Source: Promethearchaeota archaeon | Lineage (GTDB): Archaea > Asgardarchaeota > Lokiarchaeia > Sigyniarchaeales > SOKP01 | NCBI GenBank assembly: GCA_019058015.1 | Contig: JAHLWH010000205.1 | Coordinates: 1 to 30,472, forward strand | DNA: 30,472 bases | Direction: 5' to 3' | Shown: positions 18,777-27,637 of the stretch, one piece after another | Position numbering within the stretch: the stretch's first letter is position 1 | How the letters are laid out: each line of letters starts with the position of its first letter | The notes under the pieces: model-generated | The model's input: the letters and a program-made list of their open reading frames with translations, nothing else | What the model was told of the DNA's origin: nothing | The model's database searches: none | Position numbers and translations under genes: made by a program

Positions 18777-19268
18777 TTATGTCAATTTTAAACGAAATTG
18801 ACATATATTATCTCCTAATCCCATAAATTTGTCTCTTTTTACTTGAATTTTGGGATTAAATGATTCAATAGCACTCTTATAAAGAGGAATACATATTTTC
18901 TTGCATATTTGAGAGATTACATGGTGGCGCTCTTCATTTCTATCCATCATTGCTTTATAAGGACACTTTTTTATTTCGATATCTGCCTCTTTCTCCTCAT
19001 TTTTGACAATTTTATACTCCCAACCTTCACAACTCCATCTAAATGAGAGAATTTCAACTAAATCTTTAATGGAATCTGATTTTATGTTTAAATAACGTTT
19101 TATCCTACCAAGTATTATGTTTAAAAACTTCTGCCAAACTATTAAATCGATTTTTAACGCCGTCTCAAAATCCGTTTGATTCTCAATCTCCACTACAAAT
19201 AAACCGTCAAGTGTAAAAAAATTTTTTTCAAAATAAAACAATTTATCCTCTATACTTACATCCTTCAT
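18777..19268 (-). CDS. DUF6125-like / V4R-fold small protein
   Basis: NFFTLDGLF..E...TALKID..VW N-terminal pattern, KCP, CKKIC, FNPKI and a terminal C-x-F strand. Confidence 0.65.
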   Translation of the reverse strand: MKDVSIEDKLFYFEKNFFTLDGLFVVEIENQTDFETALKIDLIVWQKFLNIILGRIKRYLNIKSDSIKDLVEILSFRWSCEGWEYKIVKNEEKEADIEIKKCPYKAMMDRNEERHHVISQICKKICIPLYKSAIESFNPKIQVKRDKFMGLGDNICQFRLKLT

Positions 19269-19430
19269 TTAAGTTCAAATTGCAGAAATTATACTTCACT
19301 AAATTGATTTAATAAATATTTTAAAATTTAAGACTTTTATTATCACTAAAAGAAATTCATTACAAAACGGTTATTAAAAAAATTCTAATAATATGCTAAT
19401 AAAATCAGATAATAAAAGAAGATTAAAGTT

Positions 19431-19452
19431 AAGAAAAAAGAAAGAAAAGAAA
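19431..19452 (-). terminator. Oligo-U archaeal terminator downstream of the FrhB-TrmB gene
   Basis: The minus strand reads TTTCTTTTCTTTCTTTTTTCTT about 10 nt after the stop codon. Confidence 0.55.
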
Positions 19453-19462
19453 CACTTTCAAT

Positions 19463-20884
19463 CTAAATCAAATCCATAAATCCTTTGTATCCCATATGCA
19501 TAAGATTATTTTGAATAAAGAGTTTCTCTAAATCAATTAAACCATCCGATTTGAGTTTTTTAATGTTTTTCTGGAACTTGTATATTTCACTCTTGATAAG
19601 CTGAGTTGGATTAATCGGATTATAAACACCGTTAGTTTTTAATATCCATTCTCGTTGCTGTAGCGTATTAAGAACATTATTAATCTCTGTTTCCTCTACT
19701 TTCATTACCTTACTTAACATCGAGATATCTGCATATCCTAAAGACATAAGGGTTGTATAAGTTTTTGCCTCGACCTCGGATACATTCAAAAGTTGTATAG
19801 CAGATATTACTTTCTCATCCATTTTGGTTAATTTCGACTTTTTTCTTAGAGACTCTTTCTCAACTTTCGAGAGATCAATTGTATCAGCAACAGTTATTTT
19901 CCCAGCAGCTACTGCATCATTAAATAGTTTTACACCAATATCAGAGCGAATAATTACACTATTCCAATCATCTGCAGGAGCACCGACACTTCCTACTGAT
20001 ATATCTGCAAAATCAGCAGTGTAATCCTTACAGTATTGACAACTAGGCCAATTATGTATTTTAGTCTCTTTTATTAGAATTTCTTTAACCGACCCATCTT
20101 TCTTATAGATTAAGAATTTACCACGTGAAATGTCAATTTTCTTTACATCATTTATTGGTATTCTAAGTTTTTCTTGAACAGTTTTTCTCATTAAATCATA
20201 TGAATAATTTGAGGAACAATAAAGTCCAATGATTAGTTTAAATTTACCAAGTTTATCTGAGAGAGGGGGACACAATTGGAGTTTTCTTGCCGCTAGGATT
20301 TGGCAAGGCATACCAACAAAAGCAAGTTTTTCGAGTTCATATTCATATATTGCATCTTTATATGTTAATAAACTTGACGCAATAGTATAACGGGAGCCCG
20401 CAGCAGCCAAAACCTCTTCCGGTGTTCTTGCAATAATGGGTTTCGGTTGCCAATTTTCATCCCTACCCGTAAGAAGGGCTCCATCAATTAATCCTGTATT
20501 TAGAGCGTGAATAAGTAGTGTAGAAACCACTCCACCATTTTGAGCTACCTTTAAAACTGCTTCATCTGTGCTTTTTGCGACATTAGCTTTTTGATAATAT
20601 CCTAATAAAGAATTTTTACGAGTTTGACCATTGAAAAATTCTTTCTCAGCCTCTTCTTCTGGAAAATATGTTCTTGCGCAATATTTAAAGCACATAGAAC
20701 ACTCTGGATCGTATTCTAGAAGTTTTGGTTCTTTATCCTTTATATCAATGCGAGGACAAAGTGAAACGCATGTTCCGCAAAGGACACAGAGATCTTTATC
20801 TAAAACGAAGTCATACAAGTCTCGAAATCCGATACCTTCAATACAAGATTGTAAATAATCAATAATTGGCTCTTTTATTTCCAT
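19463..20884 (-). CDS. Coenzyme F420 hydrogenase/dehydrogenase beta-subunit (FrhB/FpoF-like) fused to a C-terminal TrmB-like wHTH
   Basis: Ferredoxin motifs CVLCGTCVSLCP and CSMCFKYC; FrhB motifs QNGGVVSTLL, AAGSRY, GMPCQ, IGLYC, CQYCKD and ADISVG; C-terminal LNVSEVEAKTYTTL...ISMLSK..INNVLNTLQQREWI..YNPINP. Confidence 0.88.
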   Translation of the reverse strand: MEIKEPIIDYLQSCIEGIGFRDLYDFVLDKDLCVLCGTCVSLCPRIDIKDKEPKLLEYDPECSMCFKYCARTYFPEEEAEKEFFNGQTRKNSLLGYYQKANVAKSTDEAVLKVAQNGGVVSTLLIHALNTGLIDGALLTGRDENWQPKPIIARTPEEVLAAAGSRYTIASSLLTYKDAIYEYELEKLAFVGMPCQILAARKLQLCPPLSDKLGKFKLIIGLYCSSNYSYDLMRKTVQEKLRIPINDVKKIDISRGKFLIYKKDGSVKEILIKETKIHNWPSCQYCKDYTADFADISVGSVGAPADDWNSVIIRSDIGVKLFNDAVAAGKITVADTIDLSKVEKESLRKKSKLTKMDEKVISAIQLLNVSEVEAKTYTTLMSLGYADISMLSKVMKVEETEINNVLNTLQQREWILKTNGVYNPINPTQLIKSEIYKFQKNIKKLKSDGLIDLEKLFIQNNLMHMGYKGFMDLI

Positions 20885-21149
20885 TTTTCAATCCTCTTTT
20901 ATTTTTGTTAATTTATTTGATTTTGTTTTTTCTATAATCGTACATGTAATATAACCAAAATGAAAATTTAAATTTTTATAGTTGATAATCCTACACACGA
21001 TCTGCAATATATGATCTATGATCTTGATAATAGAACCTATCAAATTAAAAAACCTTATGAATTTAATAGATAACGTGATTTAAAAGGAACCATTTACTGA
21101 TTTATTAAAAGGACTATATTATTAAATTACAAATCATTTAACGATTGAA

Positions 21150-21677
21150 ATGAGAAAAAATAGAAAGTTAATAGTATTTATGCTTATTCTGGAATTTTTT
21201 TTCTCAATATATATTATTAACTCCAAGGATTTTAAACCAAATTCAAAAATATCAAAAATAAAAATATTGGATGAGGATGATATTTTTGGAGAATTTATTG
21301 TAATTAGTCCAAGTGGTCTTGATGTATTAAGAATGGGGGAAAATTTCACTATAAAGTGGAATTTTATGGGTGACGTTAAATACGTCTCGATTGCATTATA
21401 TAAAAGTATGGATTATATTGATTCAATTGCCATTACTGCAAAAAATGACGGAGAGTATAAATGGAGTGTTGGACAATATGAGGAGGGAATAGACTATTCA
21501 ATTCGTATATGGGATTATAATAATTACCTAACTGGTGATCTTAGCGATTATTTTAAAATTATATCTAATAATGGCAGTCATTTTGAACCAATTATTAGTT
21601 TATTCTTAATTATTGGGATTTCAGTTGGAATAGTCTTTGTTATTATAATTTTTCTAAAAAAAGAGATATTTTCCTAA
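21150..21677 (+). CDS. Exported, C-terminally membrane-anchored protein with one Ig-like (Kre9/Ser-Thr GPI-anchored-like) domain
   Basis: N-terminal signal/TM, VISPSG..GENFTIKW..VSIALYK..NDGEYKW..YSIRI..SDYFKI, and a C-terminal TM followed by KKE. Confidence 0.75.
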   Translation: MRKNRKLIVFMLILEFFFSIYIINSKDFKPNSKISKIKILDEDDIFGEFIVISPSGLDVLRMGENFTIKWNFMGDVKYVSIALYKSMDYIDSIAITAKNDGEYKWSVGQYEEGIDYSIRIWDYNNYLTGDLSDYFKIISNNGSHFEPIISLFLIIGISVGIVFVIIIFLKKEIFS

Positions 21678-21768
21678 AGAAAATCAAGATATGATTTATT
21701 AGTTAAAGTATCAAATCCAAGATCATTAGTTTTTAAAGAAATAAAAGGGGGATAGCTGAGAAGATAAC

Positions 21769-21986
21769 GAATTCGGGCCAATATTTAGCTACATGTCGCG
21801 TTCCCATGGACGAGTTTGAGCGGCATCGGTGTAACCAGCCCAGATATCAACCACAAATTCGCCATCTATTGTTGCTGCAAACGAAGCACCGATATTTAAA
21901 CCAGATTCGAAATTTTTTTGAAATGCTTCTTTGACAGGAGTAAATCGATCATCGCAATAACCATGTATTTCAATCTTATTTGTCAT
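21769..21986 (-). pseudogene. Truncated, internally deleted beta-lactamase-family serine hydrolase (EstB-like)
   Basis: The N-terminus HGYCDDRFTPVKEAF..GASFA..DGEFVVDIWAG..RPWERD is typical. The next recognisable block, VAKYWPEF, follows immediately in another frame (21792-21769). The SxxK segment between them and the rest of the gene are absent. Confidence 0.85.
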
Positions 21987-22059
21987 ATCTATTTACCTTT
22001 ATAGAAAAGATACAACCTATTAATTATGTAAAATTGCTAGAAAATTTAACTATTTTGAA

Positions 22060-22884
22060 TTATATAGGTTTTTTACCAACGCATAGTAGGTAGCCAATAT
22101 AATCCCTACATTTTCTAAATCCAGATTTTACCCTTCCCACACCTCTTAGCTTTTTTCCTAGAGAACTCCTTGTCATAGTATAATACAGAATCTTTAAGGT
22201 TAATTTCGTGAATTTCCATTTTCCACCGACTGATTTGACCATTTCTTTGAAGTCTTGCTTAGGCTCACACTCTATCGCCGAAATATCAACCAATCCCGCT
22301 TTCTCAAAAAAATCTTTCCATTCTTTAGGTGTCAAGATTGGAAAATCAAGACAAGATATTTGTTCGAAAATTTTTTCCACTTCCTTTAGCTTTTCATCAA
22401 TTTCAGGAGGGTTTTCATTAGATTTAAAGATTTCGTTAATACCCACAAACCCGCCTGGTTTTAATATTCTTGCGTATTCTATAAATGCCTTATCCTTATC
22501 CTTTAGGAATATAGATACGAATTCTGTGATAACTATATCAAATGTGTTATCATCAAATGGAATGTTCATGGCATCACCGTACTGGAACTCAACTTGTTCA
22601 TCTAAATTTGAATTCTCGGCACGTTCTTTCGCCCAATTAACCATATTTTCTGCGATGTCTATTCCTACTACTTTACACCTGTACTTTTCTGCAATGTGGA
22701 AGGCTTGATATCCGCTCCCGCAACCCACAATTAAAACAGATTTTGTTTCGTCAACTTTGCACATCTCGATTAATTCTTCCGTAGCTTTTAGTCCGCCCCA
22801 ATTAAAGAAGGGAATACCGAGATGGGCCATAGCATCGTAATATCCCATCTCTTTTACATTAACTTTTTGTTTCATTATAATCAA
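22060..22884 (-). CDS. Class I SAM-dependent methyltransferase (Methyltransf_11/UbiE-like)
   Basis: VLIVGCGSG, VVGIDI, GDAMNIPFDDNTFDIV and RILKPGG. Starts 5 nt after the upstream URO-D stop. Confidence 0.9.
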   Translation of the reverse strand: MIIMKQKVNVKEMGYYDAMAHLGIPFFNWGGLKATEELIEMCKVDETKSVLIVGCGSGYQAFHIAEKYRCKVVGIDIAENMVNWAKERAENSNLDEQVEFQYGDAMNIPFDDNTFDIVITEFVSIFLKDKDKAFIEYARILKPGGFVGINEIFKSNENPPEIDEKLKEVEKIFEQISCLDFPILTPKEWKDFFEKAGLVDISAIECEPKQDFKEMVKSVGGKWKFTKLTLKILYYTMTRSSLGKKLRGVGRVKSGFRKCRDYIGYLLCVGKKPI

Positions 22885-22889
22885 TTTTT

Positions 22890-24071
22890 TTATTCAATAG
22901 AATCCATTAGAGGGAGTGGAGGTACAACATCGGCTTTCCATTCAGAAACAACAGGATAATCCCACCAATGTGCGGGAATTTCGGAATATACACTATATTT
23001 TTTAAGACCCCTTTCAAATGCTCTGATATTTTTTCTCGATACTTTAATTACATCTGGTTGTGGATAGAAATAAGCCCCGAATCCACCTTCCTTAGTACCA
23101 AGATTCCTAACCATATGCCACACTTCTCGCTCACATTCTTCTGGTGTTCCTTGCGAATATATCGACTGTATATTCACGCATCCCCACATCATTATCTTAC
23201 CGCGATGAGGCTTTAAGTCAGGATAACCACTCATTCTTGGACTGTCAAGTTCAATTGTATCCAAACCCCATTCAATTAAAGATGGTATTAATCGATCTAT
23301 TTTACCACAGCAATGAATATGGTACTCACATCCCAAGTTATGTGCCTCATCAAAAATAGTACGATAAAATGGTTCGTAGAATTTGTTAAAAAGTTTTGGA
23401 CTAAAGAAAGGGCCCAATTGCTCGCCTAAGTCATCACTTAACCAAAAACCATGAGGTTCTAATCCGTATTTAAAACTCATTTTCATAACTTTTAAATGAT
23501 ATTCTGTTAAGTGATCAAGTAATTTTTTTAATTCTTGTGGGTGTTTTCGATGATCCATTAAATAATTGGTAAAACCTCTAATTTTAGAAGCTAATTCAGA
23601 AAGTCCAAAAGTATTAATAAACATTCTGTATTTATCGTTGTCAAAAGATTTTTTCAGGGTATGAGCAAATATATATCGACTTTTATCATCAGGATCGGGG
23701 TAATATTTTGAAATATATTCTTCATAATCATTCCAATCAGTTAAAACTGCTCTTCCCGGGTGACCCATATTATCTCCGCGCCCTGACATGTTCCAAATGC
23801 AGCCCCATTCATCTATATCCTCCCGGGGCAGATGACGCCATTTATTTCCTTCATATTTAGGATTTTCTTTTGCCCATGCTGGTTTATCCCATTTAAATTC
23901 TACTCCTGCATGCGGAAATAATCCCTCTTCATTTTCATCCCACCCTGGTCGCCACTTTTTTGAGGGAATCATTAGCAAGGGTAAAACATCTCCTTTGACA
24001 CCATTAAAAATAGGCGCTCGATCAGGATTTTTAAAGTGGATTGCTGCTTTAACACGTTCTATCGAATTCAT
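22890..24071 (-). CDS. Uroporphyrinogen decarboxylase-fold protein (URO-D/MtaA-like superfamily)
   Basis: MNSIERVKAAI..PDRAP, DEWGCIW, RGFTNYLMD, SDDLG, SPKLF..FYEP, HCCG and GTPEE. Confidence 0.88.
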   Translation of the reverse strand: MNSIERVKAAIHFKNPDRAPIFNGVKGDVLPLLMIPSKKWRPGWDENEEGLFPHAGVEFKWDKPAWAKENPKYEGNKWRHLPREDIDEWGCIWNMSGRGDNMGHPGRAVLTDWNDYEEYISKYYPDPDDKSRYIFAHTLKKSFDNDKYRMFINTFGLSELASKIRGFTNYLMDHRKHPQELKKLLDHLTEYHLKVMKMSFKYGLEPHGFWLSDDLGEQLGPFFSPKLFNKFYEPFYRTIFDEAHNLGCEYHIHCCGKIDRLIPSLIEWGLDTIELDSPRMSGYPDLKPHRGKIMMWGCVNIQSIYSQGTPEECEREVWHMVRNLGTKEGGFGAYFYPQPDVIKVSRKNIRAFERGLKKYSVYSEIPAHWWDYPVVSEWKADVVPPLPLMDSIE

Positions 24072-24229
24072 TATGTCACATTTTAATATCTTTTTTTTTA
24101 TTTAAATTTCATATACTTTTATTCGTTAAGCATTAGTGTTAATTTTTTAAAATTAAGAAAAAATATTTTTATTGATGAAATTGATTAGTATATAAAAAAT
24201 CAAATCTCAAATTTAATGAATGCGGCATC

Positions 24230-26191
24230 ATGAGACAAAATCAATATCCGATTCAACCTATATCGTTTACTAAAGTCCAAATTACTGATAAATTCTGGGC
24301 ACCTAGAATTGAGACCAATCGTAAGGTAACAATTCCTCTTGCATTTAAGATGTGTGAAGATACTGGTCGCATTAACAATTTTTCAAAAGCAGCTGGGTTA
24401 ATTGAGGATGATATATCGCCTTTTTTTCCCTTTGATGATTCAGATGTATATAAAATCATTGAAGGTGCAGCATATTCATTGAACATAAGACCAGATTCCG
24501 AGCTTGAAAAATATGTTGATGATATAATTAAAAAAATTGCAGCGGCCCAAGAAAAAGATGGTTATCTTTATACAACTCGAACAATTAATCCCAAAAAGCC
24601 CCATTACTCGGCGGGAAAGAGGCGTTGGGAATGGGTTTCACTTGTAAGTCACGAATTATATAATTTAGGTCATCTTATAGAGAGCGCAGTGGCGTACTAT
24701 CAAGCGACAGGTAAGCGTAACTTATTAGAAGTTGCCATCAAAAGTGTTGATCTAATAGAAAAAGTATTCGGACCAGGTAAAAATGAAAGCGCACCTGGGC
24801 ATCAAGAAATTGAAATGGCATTAGTACGCCTATATCGCGTCACCAATAATAAAAAATATTTGAAATTAGCGAAATTTTTTCTGGATATTCGTGGTTCTAA
24901 GGATGCAATCGGCTATGATCATTATGTAAAATTAGCAAAAACTCAATTTGTTAAATGGAGAGATAAATACCTTCAATACAATCAAACTCATAAAAAAGTT
25001 ATAGAGCAGGATGAAGCAGTTGGGCATGCAGTTCGTGCAACATATATGTATTCTGGGATGGTAGATGTCGCAGCACTAACAAATGATAAAAATTACATTG
25101 AAGCCGTTGATAATATTTGGGAGAATGTTGTCTCTAAGAAGATTTACATAACAGGTGGTATTGGGGCTAAATCTCACGGTGAAGCTTTTGACCGGAATTA
25201 TTTATTACCAAATATGAAAGCCTATAATGAAACTTGCGCCGCAATTGGTAATATTTTCTGGAATCATCGTCTTTTCTTATTGCACGGGGATTCTAAATAC
25301 ATAGATGTCTTGGAACGAACGATTTATAACGGTTTCCTTTCAGGAATTTCTCTAGACGGGAAAAAATTTTTCTATCCTAATCCGCTTGCTTCAAGTGGTT
25401 ATCACGAAAGAAGTGAATGGTTTAAGTGTGCTTGTTGCCCTTCAAATATAGTGCGTTTCATTGCTTCAATTCCCGGTTATGTATATGCACAACATGATGA
25501 TATATTCTATGTTAATCTTTTTGTTAGTAATACTGCCACAATTTCAATTGACGAAAAATTTGTATCTATTACTCAAGATACAGAATATCCTTGGGATGGA
25601 ATAGTAAAAATAACGGTTAATCTTCAAAAAAATTTAGATTTTAATATCGCAATTCGAATACCAAGTTGGACGCAGAACCAACCAGTGCCAAGTGATTTAT
25701 ATCATTATTTGAAAAAATTTGATGAAAAAGTAAGCCTTAAAGTTAATGGCAAACCAATTGAAATTATTTGTGAAAAAGGTTATACCTACATTTCACGCAC
25801 GTGGAAGGATGGAGATATAATTGAATTGAACTTTCCTATGACCATTAGGCGTGTATTAGCACATGAAAAAGTTAAAGAAGATAATGGAAAAGTTGCCTTT
25901 GAACGCGGTCCGATTGTCTATTGTGTTGAATGGGTAGATAATAAGGTAAAATATTTACGAAATTTGTTTATTGATGATGATATCGAACTTGCATCTGAAT
26001 ATCATGAAGATATGCTTAATGGGATTGTTATTATTAGAGGTACTGCTCATTACCTTAAACATACTGAAGATAGGAAAGAAATTATTAAAAGTAAACAAAA
26101 TTTTCTCGCAATACCTTATTATGCTTGGGCACATCGCGGAAAGGGTGAAATGATAGTGTGGATGCTACGTGATTTAAAGGCTTTTAAATAA
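24230..26191 (+). CDS. GH127 beta-L-arabinofuranosidase-like glycoside hydrolase
   Basis: DSDVYK.IE, HELYNLGH, GHQEIE, GHAVRA, GEAF, YNETCAA, CACCP (Zn/Cys nucleophile set as in HypBA1) and IPYYAW.HRG. No signal peptide. Confidence 0.93.
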   Translation: MRQNQYPIQPISFTKVQITDKFWAPRIETNRKVTIPLAFKMCEDTGRINNFSKAAGLIEDDISPFFPFDDSDVYKIIEGAAYSLNIRPDSELEKYVDDIIKKIAAAQEKDGYLYTTRTINPKKPHYSAGKRRWEWVSLVSHELYNLGHLIESAVAYYQATGKRNLLEVAIKSVDLIEKVFGPGKNESAPGHQEIEMALVRLYRVTNNKKYLKLAKFFLDIRGSKDAIGYDHYVKLAKTQFVKWRDKYLQYNQTHKKVIEQDEAVGHAVRATYMYSGMVDVAALTNDKNYIEAVDNIWENVVSKKIYITGGIGAKSHGEAFDRNYLLPNMKAYNETCAAIGNIFWNHRLFLLHGDSKYIDVLERTIYNGFLSGISLDGKKFFYPNPLASSGYHERSEWFKCACCPSNIVRFIASIPGYVYAQHDDIFYVNLFVSNTATISIDEKFVSITQDTEYPWDGIVKITVNLQKNLDFNIAIRIPSWTQNQPVPSDLYHYLKKFDEKVSLKVNGKPIEIICEKGYTYISRTWKDGDIIELNFPMTIRRVLAHEKVKEDNGKVAFERGPIVYCVEWVDNKVKYLRNLFIDDDIELASEYHEDMLNGIVIIRGTAHYLKHTEDRKEIIKSKQNFLAIPYYAWAHRGKGEMIVWMLRDLKAFK

Positions 26192-26226
26192 ATAATTTAA
26201 AAGATAAAGCTGATATTGAGAAATAC

Positions 26227-27609
26227 TTAAAATTGAGGGAGCCACTTAGCTTCAGCTTCAAACATTTCATCAACCATAATTCGTATTTCTTCTGGAGAAC
26301 ACACACTAGCAGTATTTGGGTCAAGTAGCACAGCTTGATAAATTTTTTCCCGGTCTAATTCGAGGGCTCCCTCGACTGCGGCTTTTTGTACCATAATATT
26401 TGAGATACATAGTGCTTGACAGATGGTAGGTAAAACAATGCCTCCCTGTGGATGTATTCCATGACTATCCGCAAAAACTGGTACTTCCACACAACATTCC
26501 TTAGGAAGGTTAGTAATTAAACCCCCCTCTTTATTTATAACATTTCCATTAAATCGAAATGGTTTGTTTGTTTCCATAGCATCAATAATGTGTGAAGCGT
26601 ATTCTCCTGATGGTTTTTCTTTGTATGGAAGTTTTTTGCGTTTGAGTTTTCTCTGGAAATTTTTATCTATTTTTCCTTGAAATATGACTTGCTGGTTATA
26701 ATCTGAAGCTTGCTCTAAGTTAGAAAGCCAGTGCAGGTTGCTTTTATATTTCTCCAAAAGTTCAGTGCGTTTTCGATAATAAGGAAGATATTCACTCAGA
26801 TGGCCAGAGGATTCTGTCATAAAATATCCACCTGTTGCCTTCATCATATCATAACGCACTTTCTCTAATTCAATTAAATTGGGGTTATCTTGAATAGCTT
26901 TCATAATTAACGGATAAGCATTTTGCCAAGTTGAATTGGACTTATTTGAGTATTTATACCAAACTTCGAGAAACCAAGCCATGTGGTTAATCCCTGCACA
27001 TAAAAAACTGAATTCTTCTGGCTTTGCTCTGATACAACCACGCAAAATTGCAGCTGTACCCTGAACGCCATGACAAAGACCAACCGTAGAATCTGGAACA
27101 AGTGAATTACAATACCATGTATTCATAGCCATTGGATTAGTATAATTAAGTAATAACGGTTTTATTCCATCATTTCCTACATTATATCCAATTTCTTGAA
27201 TATCTTCTAAAAGTGATTTAAAAAATGGTGTTGTTCGGAGGAAACGAAAGATTCCACCGGGTCCTAGTGTATCCCCGACAGTTTGAGACACTCCATATTT
27301 GAAGGGTATTTCAACATCTAATTTAAAGGCCTCAAGCCCACCTATATGTACTGTATTGATAATATACTTCGAATCCTGAATTGCTTTCTTCTGATTTGTA
27401 GTTTTCTCAAAAACAATTCCCTCTAGCTCTTGAGAATAATTATCCTTATATTTTTGCATGTAATTAAACATTAAGTCTAAACGATGAGAATCTAAATCTT
27501 CGAGACAAATTATAGTATCCTTCTGAAGCGTAGGAAATGAAGTAATATCGGTAAGTAAATTTTGCCCAAATACTAAAGACCCTGCACCAATAAATGCAAT
27601 TTTTAACAT
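26227..27609 (-). CDS. GH4 NAD+/Mn2+-dependent alpha-galactosidase/alpha-glucosidase (MelA-like)
   Basis: KIAFIGAGSLVF, GDTLGPGG, NYTNPM, GLCH, AGINH, TESSGHLSEY and VEVP. Start reassigned to ATG 27609 (MLKIAF) rather than 27651, which overlaps the upstream gene. Confidence 0.93.
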   Translation of the reverse strand: MLKIAFIGAGSLVFGQNLLTDITSFPTLQKDTIICLEDLDSHRLDLMFNYMQKYKDNYSQELEGIVFEKTTNQKKAIQDSKYIINTVHIGGLEAFKLDVEIPFKYGVSQTVGDTLGPGGIFRFLRTTPFFKSLLEDIQEIGYNVGNDGIKPLLLNYTNPMAMNTWYCNSLVPDSTVGLCHGVQGTAAILRGCIRAKPEEFSFLCAGINHMAWFLEVWYKYSNKSNSTWQNAYPLIMKAIQDNPNLIELEKVRYDMMKATGGYFMTESSGHLSEYLPYYRKRTELLEKYKSNLHWLSNLEQASDYNQQVIFQGKIDKNFQRKLKRKKLPYKEKPSGEYASHIIDAMETNKPFRFNGNVINKEGGLITNLPKECCVEVPVFADSHGIHPQGGIVLPTICQALCISNIMVQKAAVEGALELDREKIYQAVLLDPNTASVCSPEEIRIMVDEMFEAEAKWLPQF

Positions 27610-27637
27610 AATCAGTGGATTGAATTTTTTCTGATTC

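Noticed and set aside
1057-27101. Short ORF-track entries antisense to or nested in longer genes (e.g. 1057-1356, 2922-3287, 3978-4346, 7634-7909, 8138-8335, 9411-9629, 15176-15505, 17463-17780, 19824-20024, 20631-20858, 21134-21349, 22208-22708, 22968-23216, 23144-23359, 24253-24486, 25971-26153, 26907-27101)
   Set aside because: They overlap well-supported genes almost entirely and show no recognisable motifs; typical shadow ORFs.
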